The notes beneath the pieces were generated by a model. The model saw nothing but the letters and a program-made list of their open reading frames with translations. It did not search any database and was not told the DNA's origin. 64,000 bases of DNA from a virus: the IMG/VR virus record IMGVR_UViG_3300048813_000107, positions 10,381-74,380 of that record, one strand, 5' to 3'. Made by a program: the position numbers and the translations under genes. Each line of letters begins with the position of its first letter. Within the stretch, counting starts at the first letter, position 1. Below are positions 18,020-28,900 of this stretch, one piece after another.

Positions 18020-21000
18020 TCAGGTGAAATACCCGCCCGGCGGAAGCGGGTCGGCGGTGATGGTCAGGCTGGCCTCAGGCCTCGAGCCGTTCGCCCCGAA
18101 CGCCATCTTCCTGCCGCTCATATTCGAGATGCGGTAGATCTCCACGCTCAGCGGGCCGCCGGACATCGGCTGGTCTGTCACCTGGACCAGGTCACTGACA
18201 TTTGCGCCGGCGACGTACGGCCACGCGGCAGGGTATCCGGCCGCGTCGACCTTCAGGGTCAGCACGCGACGCTCCAGGGATCCGTACGTCGCGAGGATCC
18301 AGTCGGCGGCGGCCTGGATCCTTGCCGCTGACTGCAGGTAGCTGGTCGTCCCGGTCGCCAGCGGCCGCGGCCCGTACTGCCGCTGCGATGCGTTCGCCGC
18401 CGTGGCGTCGGAGGGGGTGATGAACGGCAGGCTCGCGCCGTCCGGAGAGTACGGCGCGACCTGGATAACGTTGGTCACGTACTGCGGGTCGTTGCCGAAG
18501 TCCATGCCCGGCTGGTACGGGTAGCCGTAGGCCGGCCCCGCCGAGCTCAGGTACCAGATGACGGTGTCGGAGCTGAGATGGGCCCGGGACCTGTACGACT
18601 GCGTATTGCAGTTGTCAACAAACCACATGCCGTAGTCGCTGCTGACGATGTTCTGGCAGTTCGCGCCGCACTGCTGGCCGCCCGCGTCCAGGGCTGCCTG
18701 CACCAGCTCCGCCGCCGTCGCGTCGATGGCACGGGCCGGCGCGGTCATCCCGCCGAGGCCGAGGAGCCGTTCCAGCCTCTGCGCCACGGTGTCCCCGAGG
18801 GGGGTCGGCGCCGACGGCGGCGATGCTCCGGTGCCTCCCCCGGTCGAGCACACCCCGGCGTCCGCGGCCGCCGCCCCGAACCCGGAGCTGAACGAGTCCC
18901 CGGACCCGCATACGGTCGCGGCCGAGGTCTCCGCATTCGCGGCGGCGGCAGTGTAGAGGGCGTACTGCGGTGCCAGCCCGGTGTAGGACAGCCAGATGGC
19001 ATTTCCGTAGTAGCTGTGCGACCCGCTCACGCCGATCCCGGCGGTGACAGCCCTCGCTGACGGGCCGGAAGTATAAGAGCCGGCTGCAGCCGCGACCTCG
19101 CCGCTGAAGGTGAACGGGACGAGGCTCGTCCCGCCGGCGTACCCGTAGGAACCCTGGTACAGGGTTCCGTCCGGGGTGTACCCGGTCGGGAGCTCGTTGA
19201 TAACAGCGGCCACGGCGACAGTCTGAGGGGCAGGCAGGAGCCCGGAGCCGGTGATGGCGGCGCTGTACTGGGACAGCAGCCGCCAGGGGGGGAGGATGGA
19301 GCCCCAGACGGCCCAGTGGGAGTAGGCGACGTTCCCGCCGTGCTGGATGTCCGCCGGGCTGGAGCCGCCGTTCGCCCCGTAGTCGCCGTTCAGGGTGAGC
19401 CACGTCCAGCCGGCGGTCATGCCGGCGGCGGTGCCGCTGACGTTCGCGGTGAGGCCGCCGTTGACCAGGACCGTCCATGTCGTGGTGGTGAGCTGGAGGT
19501 CAATGCAGTGCCACGACGCCGAGCGAAGGTCAGAGGAACTGTAGATGGGGTGCGTGGTCGCCGTCGGGCCGTTGTAGGTGATCAGCTCGAGCGCCCCGGC
19601 CAGGGACAGCTGCAGGATCGCGACGGGCGCGGAGCCCGTCGAGAGGGTCGCCAGGGTAATGACCGAGCAGGGCTGCCCGGCGATGGGATAGTACTGCCCG
19701 GTGCCGTTGTCCTTCCAGCCTGTCGCCGAGGCGAAGAAGTCGGCGCTGAACCAGCCCTTGACCGTGATACCGCCGGACAGGGGCGGGTAGGCCGGGTCGA
19801 GCGCGGCGAGGAACCAGGTGTTCGCTCCCCCGCTGCCGAGCAGCCCGGTCTGCTGCCATGCCGCCGAGCCGGGGCTGGACGTGACCGGGTTCCCGGTGGA
19901 GTAGCTGGCCGGGGACGACTGCGGGTCGCCGTAGTTCCATCCTTGCTGCTGGCCGACTGCGGACACGGCGACGGACGGGGGGACGATGGTGCTGCCGCCG
20001 CCTGTTGCCGTCGCGTCGATGCCGGTGGTGGTGTAGGAGTCCCCGGCGGTGATCCCGCCGGGTGAGGCGACGATGCTCATCGTGTTCGTGTTGCCGGGCG
20101 CGCTGCTGGCCAGTGATGCGGGCTGCACGCCGCCCGCCAGGGGCTGGTCGTCCATCGCCCACCAGGAGTGCGGGGCGTCTCCGGGTGCGGTGCCGAGCAC
20201 TTCCCCCCGGTACGGGGTTGGGCACGGGACGCCGGCGACGGACCAGCCGTCGGTGAGGCCGGTCTCGACGTAGCTGTGCTGGTCCTCGTCGCGTTTCTCT
20301 GTCCAGCCCAGGGCGTTCCGCTGCCAGATGTAGGTGCGGTCCACCGGTACCCCGCCGACGGTGCCGAGCATGATCCGGAGCCGCAGCGGGGTGCCGGTGG
20401 TCACGCCCGGGTAGTACAGGCCGGCCGCGTTGGAGGGCGTGAAGTTGCCGGGCCCGTTGTCGAGGGTGACGCTGCCCTCGGAGGACTGTAGCTGGCCGAG
20501 GGCGTACGGGATCCCGGTGCTGGTTTCCTCCCACGCCCAGAAGCACTTGTCCTCTTCGGCCGGGGTCAGCGCGGAGTCGTTGAGGGTGACCCATTCCATC
20601 TCGTCGGCGGGGGTCTGGAATCCCGACCCGATGGCGGCTTCGAGGATGGTCCGGCCGGCCCCCCCGGGGGCCACGGCGGAGTCCTCGGGGATCGGGCTGG
20701 GCGCGCCGGCCTGGACGCCGAGGATGGAGCCGCTGAGATCCTCGGCCGTGCCTGCGGTGCCGGTGACTGATTCGGAGGATGAGGTGACGGTCCACGCGGC
20801 GGTGAGAACCACATCGCAGCTGTGATCGGTCCCGTTGCTGGCGGTGACGGCCGGGAGGGTGGTCCAGCCGGCCGGCGCGAAGGCCTGGGTTGCGCTGGTG
20901 TTGTCCCCGGTGATGAACGCGATCTCGAAGGCGTTGACCGGGGCCGCCGCCGCCGCCGAGTAGCCGCCAGGGACGGCCAGGCCGGGGACGGCCAGGCCGG

Positions 21001-21022
21001 GAGTGGAGACGGGAGCTGCCAC
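18020..21022 (-). CDS. Large minor tail protein with LamG-like region
   Basis: 1000 aa; VTLDNGPGNFTP.N hub-like motif, SWWAMDD, WHCI; downstream of tape measure. Confidence 0.8.
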   Translation of the reverse strand: MAAPVSTPGLAVPGLAVPGGYSAAAAAPVNAFEIAFITGDNTSATQAFAPAGWTTLPAVTASNGTDHSCDVVLTAAWTVTSSSESVTGTAGTAEDLSGSILGVQAGAPSPIPEDSAVAPGGAGRTILEAAIGSGFQTPADEMEWVTLNDSALTPAEEDKCFWAWEETSTGIPYALGQLQSSEGSVTLDNGPGNFTPSNAAGLYYPGVTTGTPLRLRIMLGTVGGVPVDRTYIWQRNALGWTEKRDEDQHSYVETGLTDGWSVAGVPCPTPYRGEVLGTAPGDAPHSWWAMDDQPLAGGVQPASLASSAPGNTNTMSIVASPGGITAGDSYTTTGIDATATGGGSTIVPPSVAVSAVGQQQGWNYGDPQSSPASYSTGNPVTSSPGSAAWQQTGLLGSGGANTWFLAALDPAYPPLSGGITVKGWFSADFFASATGWKDNGTGQYYPIAGQPCSVITLATLSTGSAPVAILQLSLAGALELITYNGPTATTHPIYSSSDLRSASWHCIDLQLTTTTWTVLVNGGLTANVSGTAAGMTAGWTWLTLNGDYGANGGSSPADIQHGGNVAYSHWAVWGSILPPWRLLSQYSAAITGSGLLPAPQTVAVAAVINELPTGYTPDGTLYQGSYGYAGGTSLVPFTFSGEVAAAAGSYTSGPSARAVTAGIGVSGSHSYYGNAIWLSYTGLAPQYALYTAAAANAETSAATVCGSGDSFSSGFGAAAADAGVCSTGGGTGASPPSAPTPLGDTVAQRLERLLGLGGMTAPARAIDATAAELVQAALDAGGQQCGANCQNIVSSDYGMWFVDNCNTQSYRSRAHLSSDTVIWYLSSAGPAYGYPYQPGMDFGNDPQYVTNVIQVAPYSPDGASLPFITPSDATAANASQRQYGPRPLATGTTSYLQSAARIQAAADWILATYGSLERRVLTLKVDAAGYPAAWPYVAGANVSDLVQVTDQPMSGGPLSVEIYRISNMSGRKMAFGANGSRPEASLTITADPLPPGGYFT

Positions 21023-21051
21023 GGGTCACCCCCGCGCGGTCGCGCCGGCCG

Positions 21052-23397
21052 TCACGAGAGGGCCGCCCAGAACCCGACGCCCTGCTGGGTGATGCTCGAC
21101 GGCGTGATCGACCCCGGCAGCGACGTCTGCCCGGAGAGAATCCCCCCGTACCGGGACGTCGCGGCGCTGTTCGCGCCGTTCACCAGCCCCGCGACGTTGT
21201 TGACGTTGCGGCCGAACGCCGGGCTGGTCGTCCCGTTCGCCACCAGCGCCACCCAGTACATCCCGGCGGGGAGCGTGAACGGCCCCCCCGCCAGCGCCAT
21301 CGTCTTCAGTCCCGCCCCCGCGGAACCCCACGCGGTCGTCTGGTCGGCACTGGTCCCGATCAGCGTCCCCGCGGAGTTGTACAGCCCGGCGAAATTCTCG
21401 CTCGCGGTGAGGGTACCCCCGGCCGTGCTGACGACGGTGATGACATTCGTGCAGGACACCGGGGAGCGGACGTTGACCCCGATCAGCACGATCCCGCCGA
21501 GGGAGGGCAGGGTGCTGGAGTTGACGATCAGCGCCGGGTCATAGTTCCACGCCAGCCAGCCCACGTCGGACGGCAGGAACGGCGGCCCGGCGGCCGGCAG
21601 CTGCACCTGCGCCGGGTACCAGACCCCCGCGTTGCCCCACCACAGGAACGTCATCGAGGTCCCCGCCGGGACGACGCAAGCGGTCCCGGTGGCCACGTGA
21701 GACGTCGCCAGGGCAGCGAAGGTGATCGACCCGGTGCCGGCGTTGACCAGCGTGAACGTCCGGTTCGCCCAGGATGCGGCCCCGGCGCCCTGCGCGCCCG
21801 GGTCGTTGGTCCCCAGGATGCAGCCGGTGACATTCCCCGCCGGCACCGCGACGGCGAGCGCGTTATACCGGGTGGTGATGAACGCGCCGTTCGTGATGGT
21901 GCCCAGGGCGAAATGCGTCATGCCCGCGCCGGTTACCCGGAACAGGTTGACGTCGCCCATGCAGATGCCGTCGAAGTCGAAGGACCCGACCGAGTTGATA
22001 GTGGTGGCGAATCCGCTGCTGCCCGTGAAGTCGATGATGCCGGTGCAGTCGCGGATGGCGTTGCTGCCTGCAGTGCCGAAGTTGATGGTGACCGGCTGGT
22101 AGATCCGGCCGCCGCCGCTGGTGGCGTTGCATTCCACGCCGATGTCCAGGCGGCTGGCGTAGATCCTGCTGAACGGCCCCTGGACGGTGCCTGACCCGGT
22201 GGACGTCGAGTTGACCGCCGCGCCGCCCGCCGTGGCCGACAGCCCGAAGGTGGCGCCGCTGGCGTTGACGACGTAGTAGCCGCCCGCGGTGAACCCCGCG
22301 GGGAGAGACCCGCCGGACAGGGTGACGTACGTGGCGTTGGCGAAGTAGCTGCCCGTCGCGGTGAAAACGCAGGGGCTGGCGTTCGTCGCGGTGAACGAGT
22401 AACCCGGCCCCCCGGTGATGTTCATGACGGAATGCTGGGCGGTGCCGTAGTCGCAGTTGCCGTAGATCCCGATCCTGCTGTCGTAAAGCTCCGCGCCGTT
22501 CAGCAGGGTCACCCCGTCGCCGACGGCTTTCATGTCCAGCACGATGTCCAGGAGGGTGCGGGCGAAGCTGGTGGCAGCAAGGCCGCTGACGTTGGCGGAG
22601 TTGTCGAAGACCACGTTGGAGGTGTTCTCCTGCGCCCAGATATGCCCGTACATGTCTTCGCACCAGAAGTACTGGTTGTCGAACCACCAGCCTTTGGAGC
22701 CGCTGCCCTGGAAGAACCGGACGCCGGCGTCCCACCCGAGCTGGTAGATGTCGCCGGCGTGGACGCCGCACGACCCCGCCCCCGCGCTGGTGCCGTCGAT
22801 CGTCAGGCCCTTGATGCCGCCGCCGAACCCGCTGGTGTACTGGCTCGTCGCGTACATCCGGATGACGGTGCCCGTGCCGACCGCGTAGGCGACGGTGGCG
22901 TCCAGCCCGGCGCCTTGCAAGGTGATCCCGGCCTGGTCGATGACGGTGCCGCCGCACGTCCAGTAGAAGACGCCCGCCGCGACCCGGACGACCCCGCCCT
23001 GGCTCCCCAGCTGGGCGATCGCCGCGTTGAGGTAGGCGGTGTCCAGGACGCCCGTCGCGTCCCCGGCCGGCTGGAGCGCGATCACCGCCGAGTTGAGCCA
23101 GTTCGCCACGATCGCCTGCGTGACCGTGAACGGCGCGGAATGCGCTACCGGGGTCGTGCCGCCCGCGCCCCGGACCACGGTCGCCGACGTGCCGGAGGTG
23201 TTCTCGACCAGGATCAGCTCGGCGCTCTTACCCGGCGCGGTGTCGTAAATGTGGTACTGCGTGCTGCCTGTCGTCGCCTGCGCGAACGCCGCCCACGACG
23301 GGGCCGTCCACGTCTCGACGGTGCCGGCGCTCGGGGCGGTGGTGCCGCCGCTGGTGACCGTGGCCGTGGGCTGGTTGGCGAAGACTTCTACGGCCAC
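21052..23397 (-). CDS. Tailspike/receptor-binding protein with pectin-lyase-like beta-helix
   Basis: DATGVLDTAYLNAAI...GGVV...G.F, ITLQGAG, IKGLTIDG. Confidence 0.75.
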   Translation of the reverse strand: MAVEVFANQPTATVTSGGTTAPSAGTVETWTAPSWAAFAQATTGSTQYHIYDTAPGKSAELILVENTSGTSATVVRGAGGTTPVAHSAPFTVTQAIVANWLNSAVIALQPAGDATGVLDTAYLNAAIAQLGSQGGVVRVAAGVFYWTCGGTVIDQAGITLQGAGLDATVAYAVGTGTVIRMYATSQYTSGFGGGIKGLTIDGTSAGAGSCGVHAGDIYQLGWDAGVRFFQGSGSKGWWFDNQYFWCEDMYGHIWAQENTSNVVFDNSANVSGLAATSFARTLLDIVLDMKAVGDGVTLLNGAELYDSRIGIYGNCDYGTAQHSVMNITGGPGYSFTATNASPCVFTATGSYFANATYVTLSGGSLPAGFTAGGYYVVNASGATFGLSATAGGAAVNSTSTGSGTVQGPFSRIYASRLDIGVECNATSGGGRIYQPVTINFGTAGSNAIRDCTGIIDFTGSSGFATTINSVGSFDFDGICMGDVNLFRVTGAGMTHFALGTITNGAFITTRYNALAVAVPAGNVTGCILGTNDPGAQGAGAASWANRTFTLVNAGTGSITFAALATSHVATGTACVVPAGTSMTFLWWGNAGVWYPAQVQLPAAGPPFLPSDVGWLAWNYDPALIVNSSTLPSLGGIVLIGVNVRSPVSCTNVITVVSTAGGTLTASENFAGLYNSAGTLIGTSADQTTAWGSAGAGLKTMALAGGPFTLPAGMYWVALVANGTTSPAFGRNVNNVAGLVNGANSAATSRYGGILSGQTSLPGSITPSSITQQGVGFWAALS

Positions 23398-23438
23398 GGG
23401 CGCTCCCCTCGTCGGTGCGCCCGCCGCATAATGGGCGG

Positions 23439-23511
23439 ATGGACGGGACTAGCGGAGTTCCTGGCGGCCCGGGCGGACGAGGATGAGGCGGTGGCTACGC
23501 TCGGGTCATGA
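23439..23511 (+). pseudogene. Frameshifted, truncated DUF6221-like remnant
   Basis: CATAAT + 6 nt + ATG; LAEFLAARADEDEAVA is 1 nt out of frame with the ATG. Confidence 0.45.
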
Positions 23512-23786
23512 CAACCCCCGGCGGCGAGCCGTTCCCGTTCCCCGGCATCGCGATACCCGTCTTCGATGAGGCGGACATCCGCATGTCCGGCTGGGATATC
23601 GGGAGCTCAGAGGGTCGCGCCGTCCTCCAGGCCGGCCGCTGCGGCGACCACTTCACCCTGATCTTCCGGCCGGGCTCGTACATCACCTGCCGCGCGGACG
23701 GAAGCCTGGAAATTAGCAGCATCGATTTCGGCGGCGGTCCGGTCACCCACGACCCCGGCTGCCCCACCGCAAGCGCGGCACCGTGA
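23508..23786 (+). CDS. Counter-oriented hypothetical protein
   Basis: 92 aa; ATGA overlap; fills gap between minus-strand tail genes. Confidence 0.55.
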   Translation: MTTPGGEPFPFPGIAIPVFDEADIRMSGWDIGSSEGRAVLQAGRCGDHFTLIFRPGSYITCRADGSLEISSIDFGGGPVTHDPGCPTASAAP

Positions 23787-23802
23787 GCACTCCCGCCGCC
23801 CT

Positions 23803-25206
23803 CTACTCCGGTGCAGGCAGGTCCAGCCCCAGCGACGTTGCCCCGCCCGCATAGCCGGTCTCGTAGCCCGTCACCGCATCCCACGGCCCGAGGTTCGCGA
23901 CCTCCACGACCATGACCGCCATCGCCGCGCTCGCCCCGCTGGGAGCCACGTAGACCACAGCGGGAATCCTGGCCAGGTTGGCGGTGTACCAGGTGACCGA
24001 GCGCGTGCTGCCGCTGAGCGTGCTCGGCGACTGAGGCCGCCAGAAAGAGTGAATGTCATCGGCCACGCCCACGGTCATCGCAGGCAGCCCGTTGTCCTGG
24101 TTCCAGCCGGCGAGGCAGAACAGCCAGTTACCCTCCGACGGGAACCCCGTGCCGCTGATGATGCTGTAAGTCGGGTCCAGCGGGACGGTGAGGCTCTGGA
24201 GCGCGGGCGGCATCGGCCCGAACGAGGACGGCTGAGCGAAGCTGCTGGCCCACGCGTTGACCACGCCAGGGTTGAAAGCGGCACCGGCGAGGATCCCGTA
24301 CCCGGCCGCGTAATCCTTCGCCGCGCCCTTGCGGTTCGCGCGCCCGGTCGCCGTGCCGATGCCGGCCGCGTAGCCGTTCGCCGACGACGACGGAGGCGGG
24401 TTGATGATCCCCGTGCCGGCCGCGTAGTCCCTGGCCGCGCCTGACGTGTGCTTGGACCCGGACGCGGAGCCGGTTCCCGCCGCGTAGCCCTTGCTGCTGC
24501 TGGCCGCCTTCTTGAGCCCGGACGCCGATCCGGTCCCGGCCGCGTAGTCCTCAGCAGGACCGCCGACGATCTCAGTCCAGGTGATGATGACCTGGCCGGC
24601 CGCGCCGTCCCCGCCAGGCTGGTTGCCGGAGTCGCCACCACCGCCAGGGGCCCCGCCGGGGGCAATCCCGTCGACGCCGGGCGATGCGGGACCGCCGCCA
24701 GCGGCGCCCGGCGTGCCCCCGCCGGCCCCGGCTGCCCCTGCTGACCCGCCGACCGTCCCGCCGAGGCCACCAGCCCCGCCGGACCCCGAAGCCCCCGGCG
24801 ACCCGGGGCCGCCGGCACCCCCCTTGCCGCTTCCTGAGGTGCCGTGCGTCCCGCCGGTTCCCGCCGTGGCGACGGTGTTGCTGCCCGCCGCGCCGGCAGC
24901 CCCGGGGATGTTCGCCACCGCACTGGTGCCGGCATCGGCCTGCACGGTGACCGAGCCGCCAGTCACGGTGGTGGCCGTGCCCGTGCCGCCCGTGCCGATC
25001 GTGATCGCCAGGACGGTCCCGGCGACTACCCCGCCAAGAGCCGGCTCCGCAGCGTAGGCACCGGTCCCGGCCGACGCGCCGGAATGGGATCCGGATACGC
25101 CGTGCCCGGCGTTCCCGCTCTCACCCCACGCCTGGACCTCGGGGGCGCCGCTGATGTTGCTGGGGGCGGTCCACGTGGTGCTGGCCGGGATCGTGATCGA
25201 GGGCAC
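23803..25206 (-). CDS. Glycine-rich minor tail protein
   Basis: TWTAP...EVQAWG glycine-rich domain, YAAG repeats, beta-rich C-terminus. Confidence 0.75.
   Translation of the reverse strand: MPSITIPASTTWTAPSNISGAPEVQAWGESGNAGHGVSGSHSGASAGTGAYAAEPALGGVVAGTVLAITIGTGGTGTATTVTGGSVTVQADAGTSAVANIPGAAGAAGSNTVATAGTGGTHGTSGSGKGGAGGPGSPGASGSGGAGGLGGTVGGSAGAAGAGGGTPGAAGGGPASPGVDGIAPGGAPGGGGDSGNQPGGDGAAGQVIITWTEIVGGPAEDYAAGTGSASGLKKAASSSKGYAAGTGSASGSKHTSGAARDYAAGTGIINPPPSSSANGYAAGIGTATGRANRKGAAKDYAAGYGILAGAAFNPGVVNAWASSFAQPSSFGPMPPALQSLTVPLDPTYSIISGTGFPSEGNWLFCLAGWNQDNGLPAMTVGVADDIHSFWRPQSPSTLSGSTRSVTWYTANLARIPAVVYVAPSGASAAMAVMVVEVANLGPWDAVTGYETGYAGGATSLGLDLPAPE
24298..24552 (-). repeat. Five intragenic YAAGxG repeats, about 20-aa period
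   Basis: cc(g)gccgcgta copies near 24302, 24362, 24416, 24477, 24536. Confidence 0.7.
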
Positions 25207-25247
25207 CTAGACCGCCCCCCTCGCGAGCAGGTGCCGGACGGGAAGGA

Positions 25248-25847
25248 TCAGGCGATTGTGATCGTCGCGGCGGTCACCTCATAGGTGCCCGCCCCGCTGA
25301 AGGCCTCCGTCGTGATCGCCAGGACGATCCCGGACCCGTCAGCGGACAGCGAGATGGCGCTACCGCCGTTTGTCGCCGAGAGCTGGAACGAGTCGCTCGA
25401 CGGGGATTTGGTCCAGTAGATGGTCCCCGCCGTGAGCCCGGTCGGCAGTGTCGTGCCCGCAGGAGCGAACACGACCACCGGCTGATTGGCGCTGTACGCC
25501 GTGCCGGGGGCCAGCAGCGTGGACGTGCTCGACGGGGCCGAGAATCCGTAGCCCGTCGCCCCGCCGAGCGGCGACATGCCCTGGAAGGTCCCGCCGGTCG
25601 CGGCAGTCCAGAAGCCCACAAAGGCCACCGTGGTGGAGGCCGGGACGTTCAGCGTGTACGGGGTCCCGGCCAGCGCCACGGCGTTGCTGCCAGGCGTGGC
25701 CCAGGTGACCGCCACGCGGGCGTAGGAACCGCCGGCCAGCTCGTTGGCACCGGATGCGCTGTAGGCGGAGTGCAGAGACGCGTACAGGGCCTCGTTGGTG
25801 GCCCACTGGCCGAGCATGTAATCGCTGGCACTGGTGCTGAAAGGCAC
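25248..25847 (-). CDS. Minor tail protein
   Basis: YASLHS...GANELAGGSYARVAVTW, GFWTAATGGTF. Confidence 0.8.
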   Translation of the reverse strand: MPFSTSASDYMLGQWATNEALYASLHSAYSASGANELAGGSYARVAVTWATPGSNAVALAGTPYTLNVPASTTVAFVGFWTAATGGTFQGMSPLGGATGYGFSAPSSTSTLLAPGTAYSANQPVVVFAPAGTTLPTGLTAGTIYWTKSPSSDSFQLSATNGGSAISLSADGSGIVLAITTEAFSGAGTYEVTAATITIA

Positions 25848-25918
25848 GGCAACGCCTCCTGGTTTTATCCGGCCCGCCGCGCTGTGACCTGCGGGTTAAC
25901 TAAACTGCCGAGGACTGG

Positions 25919-28900
25919 CTAGCCCGCCCGGCCCGGCCTGATTATTCCGGTCTGCCAGTTTGCCGCGCCCTTTGCCCGGAGTCCCTTTGTTACCGCGTTG
26001 ACGAGATCCTGCTGCGTAGAGACGCTGCCGTTCACCGTCATGTTTATTGTGATGTGCGTGTCTCCGCCGCCCCCGCCGCCGCCTGAGCCGCTCCCGCCGC
26101 CATGCCCGCCGCCGTAGCCCGCGTAGGCCATGCCCGGGTGGTAGGCGCCTGTCATCCGGCTGCCCATCCGGCCCACCGCGGCGACAGCCTGCCCGGCCCC
26201 GGCGTCGACGCCCATCGCCACGCCCGCGGGGACCATGGCGCCCCGCTCGGCGAACACCAGCGACGGGGACTTGATCTTGAGGTCATGCTCGATCGTCGCC
26301 ACCATCGACCTGGCCATCGCCGAGATCGCCGCGTCAACCGTCCCGAGCTGGGACTCCAGGCCCTGCGCGAGACCCGCGCCCGCCTGGACCCCCGCCTGGT
26401 ACATCGCCGGGCCGCCCACGCCGCCCAGCTGGGCGGCTGACGCCTGGATCTGGGATTGCAGCTTGTTGACCTGCCCGATCGCGCCCTTCCCGCCGGAGGT
26501 CAGGCCCTCAGCGACAGGCAGGCCGGACGACGCCCCGGACTGGACGATCTGGTTCAGGCTGGCCGAGTTCAGGCCCATCTTCTTCAGCTGGCCGGCCTGC
26601 TGCGCGAACTGCGCCTGGTCTGCTGCCTGCTCCTGCATCCCGGTGATGGTCGCCGAGGCGGCCAGCGGGCCGTCGCTCGCCGCGAGCGACGGGGTGTACG
26701 TGCCGGCGCTCATCACGCCGGTGCTGCTGAGCACCTGCTGGGCGATCTGCTGGGCGTCGGTGATCTCCGTCTCCAGCACGGTGCGCCGCGCCGACAGCGA
26801 CTGGAGCTTCGCATTGTCAGCCGTCAGCATCCTCGTCAGCGCCGAGTCCTGCGGCTGGCTGACCTGCCCGGCGGCCAGGGCGTGGGCCACGTCGCCCTTG
26901 AGGGTGGAGATCGTGCTGATGATCGTGGTGATGTCCTGCGGCCGGGACCCCTTGCCGGTGACGGCCTGCATGGCCGCGTCGATTGCGGAGGTGCCGCCCT
27001 GCAGGCCCTGGGTAAGGCTGGTGATGGTGGCGGCCGACAAGGTGAGCGCGGACGTCTTCACGGCGGTCGTGCCGCCGGTGATGCCCTTCGCCAGGCCGGC
27101 GGAGGTGTCCACGCCGACCGCCTCAGTGACCTTCGACGGGGAGAAGCTTTTCAGTACGCCCTTCATGGCGCCCTCGACAGCGCCTGCGACATGCTCGGCC
27201 GCGCCGACGACAGCGCCGATCCCGGCCTCGATCCCGTGCGCGAGCCCGGCGACCGCTGACGACCCGATCGATTCCAGCTCGCCCGGCATCCGCGCCAGGG
27301 CAGCCGCCGCTTTCCCGCCGATCGAGCCCACTTCGGATACGACCCGGCCGGCCCCGGACTCAGCCGCCGACGCCGCCCCGGACATGGCCGAGGACACCGC
27401 TGACTCCACGGCATGGAACCCGGACGACGCCGACGCGGCGGCCTTGGAGCCCGCGCCTGAAACCTCCGCCGCGATCCCCGACAGCGCCGCCCCGGCACCG
27501 GACTTCGCACTGTCGAACGCCGACTCGATCGCGTGCCCGGCCGAGGTGAACGCCCCGGTGTCCGGTGGCTTGACCTGCGCGAATTTGACGGAGTCACCCC
27601 CGCCGCCCCCGCCTACCCGCTCCATCTGCGGGGGGCCGCCGCCGCCGAACAAGCTGGCGATCGAGTGACGCGCGTCATCGAACAGGCTGCGGGGGATTCC
27701 CCCGGCGATCTGGCTTCCGGCCGACTGCGCCCGGCTGATGTCCTTGCCGATGTCGAGGCCGATGTTCGACAGCCCGAGCTTGCCGATGATCCCGCCGACA
27801 GCCCAGTCGGGGCTCATCGGGTTCGACTTCTGGACGTCCTGGCTGATCTGCCCGGCAGGGGTTCCCTTCGGGGCCAGCGAGTCGCTGTAGCCCCGGAGCA
27901 TCAGCCCCGCCGTGACTCCCGCGGCAATCGGGGTCACCGCGGCGGCCAGGCCCGCGCCGTCCAGGCCGCCCTTGCTTGCCACCTTCGCGAACAGGCCCCC
28001 GGCGCCTGCACCTTCGGCAGTACCTGCAGCGTCCCCTTCGGCAGTCCGGGCGGCTCCGGCCTCGGCACCCGCCGCGCCGCCGGCGCTGCCCTCCTTGAGG
28101 GTTGCCGCCGCCTCGCTGAGGTCGGCCGCCGAACCGCTAAGGTCACCCGCCGAGCCCTTCAGGCCTGCCGCCGCGCCGTCGAGCCCTGAGCCCTGGCCGA
28201 GACCCGACAGCTTGGACAAGCCGGGAATGTTCAGCGTCTCCGCAACCTTGCCGACACTCGCCAGCGCAGTGGCCCCGGCGCTGGCGACCTTCCCCGCGAC
28301 CGCGACGCCGGCCAGGACACCCCCGGCCTCAACGAGCGGCTTGGTCAGGCCCGGATTGCTGGCGAGGAACCCGCCGACGTCCGACAATCCGTGCATGAGG
28401 CCCGTCAGGGCAGGCAGCGCCACCTGCCCGGCCTCGGTGGCCACGGCCTCAGTGGACTTGGTGAAGCTGCCGAGCTGGAAGTTCAGCGTCGACTGGACCG
28501 CGGACCAGCCCTTCACGTTGTCCCCGGCGTGCTGCGCGCTCGCTGCGACCGCGTCGACGTTCGCCTTGGCGGTCCCGGCGTGCTGCCCCGTCAGCATCAG
28601 CGCCGTCTGCAGCCCGACGGTCCCGCCGAGGATCTTCGACATCGCGGCCGAGTACACCTGCGCGTCGGGCTGGCCGGACTTCAGCGCGGCGTTGAAGCCG
28701 TGGGCGGCGTTCGCCGTCGTGGCGAACTGCGAGAGCAGGTTCTTCTGGCCGGCCGATTCGGACCCGGAGAAAACCTCAGCGTTGTACTGCTTCGCCGAGA
28801 TAGTCCCGTCCAGGTAGGACTGCGCGACCTTCGAGATCGCGGGCGGCATCGCCTTCATCATCGTCGTGGCGTCCTGAGCCGCCGACGCGCTCTGGTTGAA

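Noticed and set aside
24560-25206. PE_PGRS or collagen-like host gene
   Set aside because: No PE domain or sustained Gly-X-Y repeat; matches glycine-rich tail proteins in context
10578-25847. Diversity-generating retroelement acting on tail fibres
   Set aside because: No reverse transcriptase and no TR/VR pair noticed in the window
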